Shown in pieces: positions 9,970 through 23,960 of a DNA stretch of 64,000 nucleotides. Position 1 is the first letter of the stretch; each line of letters opens with the position of its first letter. The notes under the pieces are model-generated. The model was not told the DNA's origin. It saw only the letters and a program-made list of their open reading frames with translations, and did no database searches. This DNA is from Amphiscolops sp. MND2022. Lineage: Eukaryota. The stretch covers positions 71,922,001 through 71,986,000 of the forward strand of contig OZ076409.1 in the NCBI GenBank assembly GCA_964187785.1, written 5' to 3'. A program made the position numbers and the translations under genes.

Positions 9970-11954
9970 GTGGGCGGGGGTAATTCCCCAACAAAAATTA
10001 CGGCCGGCGGGTTGGGTCCTGCCGGACGTCAAATAGCAAAGAATATCTAGTAGGAAACGGCGACACAGAATCGCGATTTTTAAATCTAACCACAATTTTT
10101 TGGACTTGGAGTGCATGCGGCCCTAAAATGCCCATACGAATCGAAGTTCCTGCTGACGTTAAGCGATTGAAATAATATATAAAAAGTTATGGCCCATTTT
10201 TCACTCACAAAGAAGTGTAAAATGAGGAAATTTTTAACAAAGTCGCTGATAACTCAAAATGTGTTAATTTTTGGACATTGACTGTGAAACAAGCTTGGAA
10301 CCTTCATTTCGTGGCTGTGGCATTGCACTGAACACAAAAGATGTAAAGTTTTTACATTTTTTGAAAATTCGAAATTTTTGAAATTTTTTTCACTACTATC
10401 AGTACCCCATATGTCAAAAACGCCTCAGAAAAAATTTTTTATTTGCTTTAAATTGGAAACCTTGGTATCCATGGTTTCTGTCGGATCCTACTCACAGTCA
10501 AACACCCAACAGTTTGCATCCAATGTGGAATTAAAAATTTTTTCGGGGTCATAAGCGTTTCACAAGGATTTCTCAACTTAGTTTCAATTTACAAATTGGT
10601 CACATTGAACACATTATTTTCATCGAAGCGCGTCAGATACCGCCCTAAAGCTCACGAATGGTCCTACTGGCAACGTAGCAACCATTTATAGTAATATAAA
10701 AGATTAAAAAAATTTTTTCACCCGGTCTTCAGTCATTTTTCAGTCATTCGGAGCTTAACTTAGAAAAATTTCGACCAAAATACCCATTTTTTGTCAGGTC
10801 GAAAAATCAAATTCAGATTTTTAAGCAAAATTATTAACTCTGACGTAACTCATGGGGCCCATGATACTCAAAACAACGATTGACACTGGTATCAATGGCT
10901 CCAATAACATATGAGTCGCGATCGGACGTTATTTTGAGCAATACGTCTCAATTGAGGTAAAGATCTCGCAAGCCAGCGATCACTGTCAAATGTGATTTCA
11001 TCAAAAATTTACTCATTTTTGTAAATCATTATGTGCACAGAATGCGTAGGGTGCTTTTCAGCACTATAATGAGGTTTTTGAATGCATCGAGTTGCTCAAG
11101 GGGTGGTACGAGACATTTTTGTCCCATATACTACTGTATTTTCCAAAATTTTTAGCCCAATATCTGGAAATACAAACTTGACAAAAAACTTTCAACTACT
11201 TTATTCAAAGGTTACAATATAGATGAACACTGTGGTTGATCAGAAACTTTCATCTCTTTCGTTTTCCGAAATATTTTCCTTAGCATGTGTTATATATGTA
11301 TCAGAAAAAAAATCGAAACTGAAAAATACGCTATTTTGGTAATATAGAATCGCAATGATTGTGCCTAAAAACTCTTTAAACACTTCTAACGCGACCTTAC
11401 GCACCCAAAATGATCGAAAATGCTATTCACAATGGTGACATGTGCTCTTTCAACGATCCTGGCTGGACAAGGTTTGCATATTTTTCAAGTACCTGTCAGC
11501 TGAATCTTGTGATAGCCTTTTAAGTTGGCCTTGTGTCAACTTGGGAAGGCTATCACATCAAACAACCATCAACAAAAATAATTTTTGTTTATTGGATATT
11601 ACAGTTGATACCTTATTTCGTGATTCTATACTACCGTTAGTATATTCCATGAGGTCACCTTACGATTGCATTCAGACTTTGATGAAAACCTATGAACTCA
11701 AAGTCACATTTATATATTTTTTGCCCAAAAAAATCATCAAAAACATCTATTATATATAAAATTGAGTCTTTAACTTTTTTACGTTGCAAGTTTCTGCCGT
11801 TATTAGGCCAATCAACGTCCTAGAGCCACATCCTGCCACATACTGTACAACGCCACATAGTGTTGCGACGTGCACAGTCTGTGGGCATGCCGAGGCATGC
11901 CCTTCGACGACGTATGCCGAATACCGCGGGCCTATGCCCGCGCTCCCCGGCTAG
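9970..11954 (+). mobile_element. Unit 6, family A (1985 bp), head h2, tail t1
   Basis: Very similar to unit 12. Confidence 0.75.
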
Positions 11955-12769
11955 GTGGGCGGGGGTAATTCCCCAACTAAAAAATCGGCCGGCGGGTAGG
12001 GTCCTGCCGGCCGTCCAAAATCAAAATTATACTAGTAGAAAACGGCCGGTCAAACGAGCTATTTTTTTATTTAACCGTTAGAATTTGGGTTTAGATTGCA
12101 TGCGGCCATGAAATGGCCATACGAATCGAAGTTCCTGCTGACGATTTGCGATTGAAACACTTTATAAAAAGTTATGGCCAATTTGTCATTCACCTAGAAG
12201 GGCAAAATGAGGAAAATTTTAACAAAGTCGCTGATAACTCAAAATGTAATAATTTTTGGACTTTGACAGTGAAACAAGCTTGGAACTGTCATTTCGTGGC
12301 TGTGGCATTGCACTGAACACAAAAGATGTAAAGTTTTCACATTTTTTGAAAATTCGACATTTTTGAATTTTTTTCACTACTATCAGTACACTATATGTCA
12401 AAAACGCCTCTGAAAAAAATTTTTATTTGCTTAAAATTAGAAACCTTGGTATCCATGGTTTCCGTCAGTACCTAATCGCTGCCAAACGCTCAACAGTTTG
12501 CATCCAATGTGAAAATATAATTTTTTTCGAGGTCATAGGTGTTTCACAAGGATTTCTCAACTTAGTATCTATTTACAAATTGGTCATTTTGAACACATTA
12601 TTTTCATCGAAGCGTGTCAGATACCACCCTAATGCTCACAAATGGGCCTACTGGCAACGTTGGAACCATTTTTAGTAATAGAAAGTATTAAAAAAATATT
12701 TTCACCCGGTCTTCAGTCATTTTTCAGACATTCGGTACTTAACTTAGAAAAATTTCGCATCAAAAACCC

Positions 12770-13950
12770 ATATTTGGTAGGGTCGAAAATTGAAATTCAG
12801 TTTTTTATGCAAAATGATTAACTCTGACGTAACCAGTGGAGCCCATGATACTCAAAAACACGATTGGGACTGGTATCAGTGGCTCCAATAACATATGAGC
12901 CGCGATAAGACGTTATTCAGAGCAAACGCTCTAAATCGAAGTAAACATCTCTGAAGCCTGGGATCACAGTGAAATGTGATATCACCAAAAGTTTACTCTT
13001 TTTTGTCAATCACTATGTACACAGAGTGCGTAGGGTGAGTTTCAGGACTATAATGAGGTTTTTGAAGTAATCGCGCTGCTCAAGGGGTGGTATGAGACTA
13101 TTCTTTCCCATATACTACTACATTTCCATAAATTTGCAGTCCATTGTCTTGGAAAGATAACTTCACAAAAACAATTTTTCTACTCTATTCAGTTATTAGA
13201 ATAAAGTTGAACACTGTGGTTGATCAGAAATGCTCAATTCTTTTGGTTTTTAAAAAAATTCCTTCGCATTCGTTACATTTGTGGAAGGAAGGTTATCAGT
13301 AGCTCCAAAAAAAACGAAATTTAGCACGAACAGACATGCAACGATGCAAAGCAAAAACGTTTTTACAACTTCCGACGTCATTATTTTACCCAAGAAGTTC
13401 GAAAATATCATTCGCAATGCTGTCATTCGCTATATATACGATCGCGGTCAATTTACAAACATTTAGATTTCATTGTTCTGCTTGAAAACCAATTTTTGTC
13501 AGGTCGAAATTTTAAATTTTGCCTGGGTAGCAATACCCTTCACGCTGAAGTAAACAGTGGGGCCCAAGTTACTCAAAAACAAGAAAGAGACTGCTACAAT
13601 ATGTCCTAATAACATATGGACCACGATAGTACGTTTTTCACACAAAAAACTCTCATCCGAAGTAAATATGTTGAAAGCTTTTAATCACCGTGAGAAGTGA
13701 TTTCATCAAAAAATAACTCTTTTTTGTCAATCACTGTTTACACAGAATTTGTAAAGTTAGTTTGAGTCATGAAATGAGGCTTTACCGTAATATGGGTTGC
13801 TCAAGGTGTTATATAAGACAAAAACTTCCTCTTTACTACTAGCTTCTTCAAATATTTCAACCCTTTGTCACAATAAGTTAATATTCAAAATCTCTTTGAA
13901 ATGTATCTTTATGTTGGGGTGAAGTCTAAGAACAATAACTATGATCGAAG
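12770..13950 (+). repeat. Old ~720-bp-period internal duplication in family D
   Basis: Block TTT(G/T)GT..GGTCGAAA .. GCCCA..TACTCAAAAAC .. ATCAC.GTGA.A.GTGAT .. GCTCAAGG.GT occurs from ~12773 and again from ~13493. Confidence 0.75.
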
Positions 13951-14159
13951 AATGATAGTACTGGTGTTTGAACCATGTCCGGATGAACAAATCACAAAAT
14001 CATCAAAAAATTGTTCCCTTTTTTGGTTATTTTGGCAGTACTAAAAATGTTAGCTGATAAATAATTTTTTCGATGGCACCATTGGATTCCTCTCAAAAAG
14101 TTGGTTATATGACCTGTGTAATAACCCCGTATCTTTTCAATTTAAATATATTTAAAAAG

Positions 14160-15530
14160 CCAACTATTTTGACCAAAATCCTAAAAATCATACCATTTCC
14201 TAAAAATTTTCAAATGCACCCCATTTGACGTATAAGATAAGCACAGAAAACTATCATATACCGATCAACTCTACTCCCATTGTAGATTATTATAATTTTG
14301 TTTAGAATGAATTTTGATGGATATTAAAAAAATTTTGAACCCTCCAAAAATGGGCCAAAATTACACGAAAAAATTGACCTTAAAATACCAAAATGTCAAA
14401 AAATCATCAAAACCACGGCTTCTTGGGGTTCTATTAACTCCGCGTGGTCCACAGAGTATGCTAAAACAGGATTTACCCGTTTTTGAGCAATATGTGAAAA
14501 AGCCGACATTTTTGGGAAAGAAAAACATACCATTTCCTAAAAAAATTCAAATGCACGTCATTTGCCGTATTAGAATAGCACAGAAAACTATCACATACCA
14601 ATCAACTCTACTTTCATTGCAGATGAACAGAATTTTGTTTAGAATAAATTTTACCGGATAATAAAAAAAGTTGAATCCTTCAAAAATGGGCCAAAATTAC
14701 ACGAAAAAATGGACATTAAAAATTTAAAATGTCAAAAAATCATCAAAACAACAGCTTCTTGGGCTTCTATCAACTCCACGAGGTCCACAGAGTATGCTAA
14801 AACAGGTTTTACCCGTTTTTGAGCAATATGTGAAAAAGCCGACATTTTTGGGAAAGAAAAACATACCATTTCCTAAAAAAATTCAAATGCACGCCATTTG
14901 CCGTATGAAAATAGCACAGAAAACTATCACATACCAATCAACTCTACTTTCATTGCAGATGAACAGAATTTTGTTTAGAATAAATTTTACCGGATAATAA
15001 AAAAATTTGATTCCTTCTAAAATGGGCCAAAATTACACGAAAAAATGGACCTTAAAATTTTAAAATGTCAAAAAATCATCAAAACCACGGCTTCTTGTGG
15101 TTCTATCAACTCCACGTGGTCCACAGAGTATGCTTAACCCGGTTTTACCCATCTTTGAGCAAAATGTGAAAATACCGACATTTTTGGAAAAGAAAAACAT
15201 GCCATTTTCTAATAAATTTCAAATGCACGCCATTTGCTGTATGAGAATAACACAGAAAGCTGTCACATACCGATCAACTCTACTTCCATTGTAGATTATC
15301 AGAAGTTTGTTTAGAATAAATTTTGATGGATAATAAAAAAAATTGAATCCATCAAAAATGGGCCAAAATTACACGAAAAAATTGACCTTAAAATATCAAA
15401 ATGTCAAAAAATCATCAAAACCACAGTTTCTTGGCGTTCTATCAACTCCATATGATACCAAACCAGGTACTGCCAATCGTTTGAGTTATAATAAAAAAAC
15501 GTCTTTTTTGGCAAGAATTCCATACCATAA
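14160..15530 (+). repeat. 336-bp tandem repeat, ~4 copies (D1)
   Basis: CATRCCATTT anchor at 14189, 14526, 14862, 15198. Confidence 0.9.
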
Positions 15531-16714
15531 ATAATAATCATGTTCCATATAAGAAGCGAATCATTTCAGATATATACCCTGTTCATTTTTTTAATATTAC
15601 CGATTATTAATTTAATAGATGTTTTGAATGTGAGCTTCCTAAAAGGTTCAGGTGTGATGATACGTAAATAGAACCTTAGTTTCATCGAAATCTCAATTGA
15701 ATATGTCCAATCTTAACCATCAGATAACAAGAAACACTTAAGTACATTCCATCTCCCCATCGGGGGAGATGAGAATGTACTTTCGAGAAGCCAAATACGT
15801 CCAACATTCAAACTTTTGTAACTTTGTATGTAACTCCTGAAACGAAGAAGGAATAAAATTGTTTCTGGTACATACATGAGTCTTTACTTCAGCTTCTATT
15901 TCTGCTGAACAAAACCATTCGACTCTTTTGCCGGAGTTAAGATCGATTGTATTACCCAGTGAACAAAGGCATGACTGAAAACGTTTACTAATTTGTTCAT
16001 AATTTTCCGGCCTTCCGAAATGATGAAACGTCCACATAACTAAGATAGCAAGTGAATGACTGCGAAATGCACCTTATTAGATGAGGTAAATAACGTGTAA
16101 AACTCTCCTTTATCCTAACATGAGGTTGAGTAATGATCATTTGAGAATAGTTTGATATGTGAATACAATAGTATAAAACCAGTACATTTTATATGAATAA
16201 CGCCGTGGAAAGCGTTCAGAAAGGACAGTAGGCTTGTTTGGAACATGTATGTGTGGTGTCCCTTGGTGGCGTTCGCTTAGTGTATATGTCGAGGGGTATT
16301 CGAGTTGTTATGATAGAATTTACACACAAGTGTTTTGCTTTTTGGTTTTTTTAAAATGTCGTTAAGTACCTGCATTCTATCCCCTTCTCAGAGATGACGT
16401 GAAGTTACGTTTGCTAAATAAATGTCATCGAAAGATCACACTCCCGACGAAATTAACTATCTTAACACGTGTTTAGAATTTTGAATAAACAACCGTATAA
16501 GATTTTTATATTTCATTGAGTTTGATGGAGTCTTTTGTTCTTCTCACTACTATTTCAACCAATACACATATCCGTTACCATATCACATGTCTTCATTAGT
16601 ACAACGCCACATAGCGTTCCGACGCCCACAGTCTGTGGGCATGCCGAGGCATGCCCTTCGACGACGTATGGCAAATGGAGCCATGCCCGCCGTCTTTACG
16701 GCGGTAGCGGCTAG

Positions 16715-17992
16715 GTGGTCGTTAGCATGGGATTTTCTTTATGAGCGTAGTCCACTTTTTTTAGGCCGGGGTAGGGTCCCGGGCCGTTACCAATTTCTTA
16801 CGGAGGAAAAATGTGAAAATCTGCGAGTTTAAAAAATTGGCCCGTACGATTTGGCTGAAAATTGGCATACAGCATCGTCTTGGTAAACAAATGACTTTGT
16901 CCTAGTGACATTTTGCCCAGAAAATTCAAAAAGTTGGTCAAATTGAAAATTTTTTGACCGTCTAAGGCTAAAATTTGACTTTTTCGCTTTTTTTGGTCAA
17001 TTTCCTCAGAACTGGTTGATTTTGGTGAAGTAAGTCATAAGAGGTTATAAGGTCTGCAAATAGCCATCAATTGGCTTGCATAATCAGATTTTGTCAAAAG
17101 TGTTTAGTTTTTTCAAAATTTCACACTTTTTTTTCATTTCAGTGTTTTTTGATACAATTTATTGAATTTTTACTAAGTTCCACTAAATATTTTTAAAATG
17201 TTTTTAAAAAACCTTTTTTTGCACGTTTTTGATGTTTTTTGCTCTCCCATATAGGTTTTCGCATACGGGGAACCTGAATCTGACAACGAAATAATTTTAT
17301 TCCGCAGTTCAACTTACGCCATTTTTAATAGTGAAAAATCACTCATTTTCAATCTAACGAGTGAAAATATCAGAATTTAAAAACCTAAAGTTGAGTTTAA
17401 GGCGACTTACAGGTAGAAACAAATGCTCAGAAACAAACTGATTTCTTGTATTAGCTAAAGAAAGCCTTTAAAATTCTTTTTACTTTCTTTAAATCAAAAT
17501 TCGACACTTTTCATGAAAGTTGTCAGTGGAAAAAATTTATCATTTTTTAAATTAAAAACTTGCTTTGTTGGTCATTTCCGTTAGTCATTAGTAGCTGTGT
17601 AATGCTCCAAAGCCTTTCAAGTTCTTTTGACCCTATTTGAAAATTTTTGATACTGCATAATCAATCCGAGAGAACGAAACAGTTGTGTACATTCCATCTC
17701 CCTCTTGGGGGAGATGAGAATGTACTTCCTAAAGTCTAGGTACTACAGATCATATTTGGTTTTATGCGACGCCCTCTATGCTAGTGCATATAAATACAAG
17801 TTGTTTGGCTGGATTTTGCTTCTGACTTGACGTATACTGTACGTTTGGTACTGACAATACCCATCATTTACATAACAAACGTCAACGCCACATACCCTTA
17901 CCAACGCCCATAGTCCGTAGGCATGCCGAGGCATGCCTTTCGACGACGCGCGCCAAACACAAGCGCGCCCGCACTTTTGCGGTAGCGGCTAG
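16715..17992 (+). mobile_element. Unit 8, family C (1278 bp)
   Basis: Near-identical to unit 3. Confidence 0.75.
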
Positions 17993-19984
17993 GTGGGCGG
18001 GGGTAATTCCCCAACAAAAAAATCGGCCGGCGGGTCGGGTCCTGCCGGCCGTCCAAAATCAAAATCCTCCTAGTAGAAAACGGCATGTCAAACGAGCTAT
18101 TTTTTTATTTAACCATACGAATTTCACCATTTTTTGCATGCGGCCCTGAAATGGCCATACGAGACGAAGTTCCTGCTGACGTTTTGCGATGTAAATGTTT
18201 TATATAAAGTTATGGCCGATTTGTCATTCACCTAGAAGGGTAAAATGAGGAAAATTTTAACAAAGTCGCTGATAACTCAAAATGTGTTAATTTTTGGACT
18301 TTGACTGTGAAACAAGCTTGGAACCTTCATTTCGTGGCTGTGGCATTGCATTGAACACAAAAGATGTAAGGTTTTTACATTTTTTGAAAATTCGACATTT
18401 TTGAAAATTTTTTCACTACTATCAGTACCCCATATGTCAAAAACACCTCAGAAGAAAAGTTTTATTTGCTTTAAATTGAAAACCTTGGTAGCCATGGTTT
18501 CTGTCGGAACATACTCGCTGCCAAACACCCAACAGTTTGCATCCAGTGTGAATTTAAAAATTTTTTCGAGGTCTTAGGTGTTTCACAAGGATTTCTCAAC
18601 TTAGTATCAAATTACAAATTGGTCATTTTAAACACATTATTTTCATCGAAGCGTGTCAGATACCGCCCTAATGCTCACGAACGGGCCTACTGGCAACGTT
18701 GGAACAATTTATCGTAATAGAAAGTTTTAAAAAAAATTTTTCGCCCGGTCTTCAGTCATTTTTCACACATTCGGAACTTAACTTAGAAAAATTTCAACCG
18801 AAAAACCCATTTTTTGTCAGGTCGAAAATTCAAAGTCAGCTTTTTAAGCAAAATTATCAACTCTGACGTAACCAGTGGGGCCCATGATACTCAAAACAAC
18901 GATTGGGGTTGGTACCAATGGCTCCAATAACATATGAGTCGCGATAAGACGTTATTTTGAGCAATATGTCTCAATTGAGTTAAAGATCTCGCCAACCAGT
19001 GATCACTGTGAAATGTAAATTCAATAAAAATTTACTCATTTTCGTCAATCACCATGTGCACAGAGTGCGTAGGGTGAGTTCCAGCACTATAATGAGGTTT
19101 TTGAAGGCATCGGGTTGCTCAAGGGGTGGTATGAGACATTTTTTTCCTATATACTACTGTATTTTCCAAAAGTTTTAGCCCATTATCTGGAAAAACTAAC
19201 TTGACAAAATACTTTCAACAACTTTTTTCAAAGGTTACAATGTAGATGAACCCAGTGGTTGATCAAAAATTTTCATCTCTTTCGGTTTCCGAAATAATTC
19301 CCTTCGAATGTGTTACATTTGTAGCAGGAAAAAAACCGAAACTAAAAAATACGCGATTTTGCTGAGATAGAATCGCAATGGTTGCCCCTAAAATCTCTTT
19401 AAATACTTCTAACGCGACCTTATGGACCCAAAAAGATTGAAAATGCCATTCACAATGCTGACATGTGCTCTTTCGACGATCCTGGCTAGACAAGTTTTGC
19501 ATATTTTTCAAGTACCTGTTAACTGAATTTTGTGATAGCCTTTTAAGTTGGCCTTGTGTCAACTTGGGAAGGCTATCACATCAAAAAACTTTCATCAAAA
19601 ATACTTTTTGTTTATACAATAATGTAGTCGATAGTTATTTTCGTGATTTTACACTACCGTTAGTACCTTCCGCCAGGTCAGCTGACGATTGCATGCTGTC
19701 TTTGATAAAAACGTATGAACACCAAGAAAATTTTGTTGTATTTTTGTTGAAGAAAAGTATTAATAAATAATAAAAATATAATTCTAACCTTAAACAACTA
19801 TAAATTTGCTTAACCGTTATTAGTCCTACCACCTATCATCAGCCTATGCCATGGCCCGGTGATTAGTAGTACAACGCCACATAAAGTAGCGACGCCCACA
19901 GTCTGTGGGCATGCCGAGGCATGCCCTTCGACGACGTATGGCAATTTTAGCGTAGCCCGCGGTCACTACCGCGGTAGCAGCTAG
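17993..19984 (+). mobile_element. Unit 9, family A (1992 bp), head h4, tail t6
   Basis: Near-identical to unit 14. Confidence 0.75.
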
Positions 19985-21971
19985 GTGGGCGGGGTAATTC
20001 CCCAACAAAAATTACGGCCGGCGGGTTGGGTCCTGCCGGACGTTCAAATAGCGCGAAGCATCTAGTAGAAAACAAGGAGTCCTGAAACAGCGATTTTAAA
20101 ATTGAACCGTTAGAATTTGGTTTTAGATTGCATGCGGCCCTAAAATCCCCATACGAATGGAAGTTCCTGCTGGCGTTAAGCGATTGAAATAATATATAAA
20201 AAGTTATGGCCCATTTTTGGGTCACCGAGAAGGTCAAAATGAAGAAAATTTTAACTAAGTTGCTGATAACTCAAAATGTGTTAATTTTTGGACTTTGACT
20301 GTGAAACAAGCTTGGAACCTTCATTTCGTGGCTGTGGCATTGCACTGAACACAAAACATGTAAAGTTTTCACATTTTTTGAAAATTCGACATTTTTGAAT
20401 TTTTTTTCACTACTATCAGTACACTATATGTCAAAAACACCTGTGAAAAATTTTTTCATTTGCTTAAATTTAGAAACCTCGGTATCCATGGTTTCCGTCA
20501 GTACCTACTCGCTGCCAAACACTCAACAGTTTGCATCCAATGTGAAAATAAATTTTTTTTCGAGGTCTTAGGTGTTTCACAAGGATTTCTCAACTTAGTA
20601 TCAATTTACAAATTGGTCATTTTGAACACATTATTTTCATCGAAGCGTGTCATATACCGCCCTAATGCTCACGAACGGGCCTACTGGCAACGATGGAACC
20701 ATTTATAGTAATAAAAAGTTTTAAAAAAATTTTTTCACTCCGTCTTCAGTCATTTTACACACTTTCGGAACTTAACTTAGAAAAATTTCAACCAAAAACC
20801 CATTTTTTGTCAAGTCGAAAATTCAAATTCAGCTTTTTAAGCAAAATAAATAAATCTGACATAACCAGTGGGGCCCATGAAACTCAAAACCACGATTGAG
20901 ACTGGTATCAATGGCTCCAATAACATATGAGTCGCGATAAGACGCTATTTTGAGCAAAACATCTCAATTGATGTAAAGATCTCGCAAGCCAGCGATCACT
21001 GTGAAATGTGATTTCATCAAAAATTTACTCTTTTTTGTCAATCACTATGTGCACAGAATGCGTAGGGTGCGTTTCAGCACTATAATGAGGTTTTTGAAGG
21101 CATCGAGTTGCTCAAGGGGTGGTATGAGACATTTTTGTCCCATATACTACTGTAGTTTCCAAAATTTTTACCCCAATATCTGAAAATACAAACTTGACAA
21201 AATACTTTCAACTACTTTATTCAAAGGTTACAATATAGATGAACACTGTGGTTGATAAGAAACTTTCATCTCTTTCGTTTTCGGAAATATTTCCGTTCGC
21301 ATGTGTTACATTCATAGCAGAAAAAAAATCGAAACTGAAAATACGCTATTTTGCTGATATAGAATCGCAATGATTGTGCCTAAAAACTCTTTGAACACTT
21401 CTAACGCAACCTTACGCACCCAAAATGATCGAAAATGCTATTCACAATGGTGACATGTGCTCTTTCTACGATCCTGGCTGGACAAGGTTTGCATATTTTT
21501 CAAGTACCTGTCAGCTAAATCTTGTGATAGCCTTTTCAGTTGGCCTTGTGTCAACTTGGGAAGGCTATCACATCAAAAAACCATCAACAAAAATAATTTT
21601 TAAATATTGGATCTTACATTCGATACTTTTTTTCGTGATTCTATACTACCGTTAGTATATTTCATCAGGTCACCTTACGATTGCATTCAGTCTTTGATAA
21701 AAACCTATGAACTCAAAGTCACATTTATATATTTTTTTTGCCAGAAAATAACATCAAAAATATCTAAAATATATAAAATAGAGTCTTTAACATTTTTACG
21801 TTTCAAGTTTTTGCCGTTATTAGGCCAATCAACGTCCTAGAGCCACATCCTGCCACATACTGTACAACGCCACATAGTGTTGCGACGTGCACAGTCTGTG
21901 GGCATGCCGAGGCATGCCCTTCGACGACGTATGCCGAATACCGCGGGCCTACGCCCGCGCTCCCCGGCTAG
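19985..21971 (+). mobile_element. Unit 10, family A (1987 bp), head h5, tail t1
   Basis: Near-identical to unit 21. Confidence 0.75.
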
Positions 21972-23960
21972 GTGGGCGGGGGTAATTCCCCAACAAAAAT
22001 TACGGCCGGCGGGTTGGGTCCTGCCGGACGTTCAAATAGCGCGAAGCATCTAGTAGAAAACAAGGAGTCCTGAAACAGCGATTTTAAAATTGAACCGTTA
22101 GAATTTGGTTTTAGATTGCATGCGGCCCTAAAATCCCCATACGAATGGAAGTTCCTGCTGGCGTTAAGCGATTGAAATAATATATAAAAAGTTATGGCCC
22201 ATTTTTGGGTCACCGAGAAGGTCATAATGAAGAAAATTTTAACTAAGTTGCTGATAACTCAAAATGTGTTAATTTTTGGACTTTGACTGTGAAACAAGCT
22301 TGGAACCTTCATTTCGTGGCTGTGGCATTGCACTGAACACAAAAGATGTAAAGTTTTCACATTTTTTGAAAATTCGACATTTTTGAATTTTTTTCACTAC
22401 TATCAGTACACTATATGTCAAAAACACCTCTGAAAAAATTTTTTAATTGCTTAAATTTAGAAACCTCGGTATCCATGGTTTCCGTCAGTACCTACTCGCT
22501 GCCAAACACTCAACAGTTTGCATCTAATATGAAAATAAAATTTTTTTCGAGGTCTTAGGTGTTTCACAAGGATTTCTCAACTTAGTATCAATTTACAAAT
22601 TGGTCATTTTGAACACATTATTTTCATCGAAGCGTGTCATATACCGCCCTAATGCTCACGAACGGGCCTACTGGCAACGTTGGAACCATTTATAGTAATA
22701 AAAAGTTTTAAAAAAATTTTTTCACCCCGTCTTCAGTCATTTTACACACTTTCGGAACTTAACTTAGAAAAATTTCGACCAAAATATCCATTTTTTGTCA
22801 GGTCGAAAAATAAAATTCAGATTTTTAAGCAAAATTAATAACTCTGACGTAACCCATGGGGCCCATGATACTCAAAACAACGATTGACACTGGTATCAAT
22901 GGCTCCAATAACATATGAGTCGCGATAAGACGTTATTTTGAGCATTACGTCTCAATTGAGGTAAAGATTTCGCAAGCCAGTGATCACTGTGAAATGTGAT
23001 TTCATCAAAAATTTACTCTTTTTTGTCAATCACTATGTGCACAGAATGCGTAGGGTGCGTTTCAGCACTATAATGAGGTTTTTGAAGGCATCGAGTTGCT
23101 CAAGGGGTGGTATGAGACATTTTTTTCCTATATACTACTGTAATTTCCAAAACTTTTAGCCCATTATCTGGAAATACAAACTTGACAAAAAACTTTCAAC
23201 TACTTTATTCAAAGGTTACAATATAGATGAAATCTGTGGTTGATCAGAAACTTTCATCTCTTTCGTTTTCCGAAATATTTCCCTTCGCATGTGTTACATT
23301 CGTTGCAGAAAAAAAAATCGAAACTGAAAAATACGCTATTTTGCTAATATAGAATCGCAATGATTGTGCCTAAAAACTCTTTAAACACTTCTAACGCAAC
23401 CTTACGCACCCAAAATGATCGAAAATGCTATTCACAATGGTGACATGTGCTCTTTCTACGATCCTGGCTGGACAAGGTTTGCATATTTTTCAAGTACCTG
23501 TCAGCTAAATCTTGTGATAGCCTTTTCAGTTGGCCTTGTGTCAACTTGGGAAGGCTATCACATCAAAAAACCATCAACAAAAATAATTTTTGTTTATTGG
23601 ATCTTACAGTCGATACTTTTTTTCGTGATTCTATACTACCGTTAGTAAATTTCATCAGGTCACCTTACGATTGCATTCAGTCTTTGATAAAAACCTATGA
23701 ACTCAAAGTCACATTTATATATTTTTTTGCCAAAAAATAACATCAAAAATATCTAAAATATATAAAATAGAGTCTTTAACATTTTTACGTTTCAAGTTTT
23801 TGCCGTTATTAGGCCCATCAACGTCCTAGAGCCACATCCTGCCACATACTGTACAACGCCACATAGTGTTGCGACGTGCACAGTCTGTGGGCATGCCGAG
23901 GCATGCCCTTCGACGACGTATGCCGAATACCGCGGGCCTACGCCCGCGCTCCCCGGCTAG
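21972..23960 (+). mobile_element. Unit 11, family A (1989 bp), head h5, tail t1
   Basis: Colinear A unit bounded by junctions. Confidence 0.75.

Larger units (their letters stand above)
11955..16714 (+). mobile_element. Unit 7, family D1 (4760 bp), head h3, tail t5
   Basis: A-like first ~1.3 kb, then diverged duplication, 336-bp repeats and D-specific tail; body near-identical to unit 23. Confidence 0.75.

Noticed and set aside
17900..18060. Self-cleaving ribozyme (hammerhead retrozyme or HDV-like, GGCCGGC..GCCGGCC) at junctions
   Set aside because: I found no CTGANGA/GAAA hammerhead core or HDV nested pseudoknot; GGCCGGC closes a simple hairpin. An Rfam/Infernal scan would be needed to exclude other classes.
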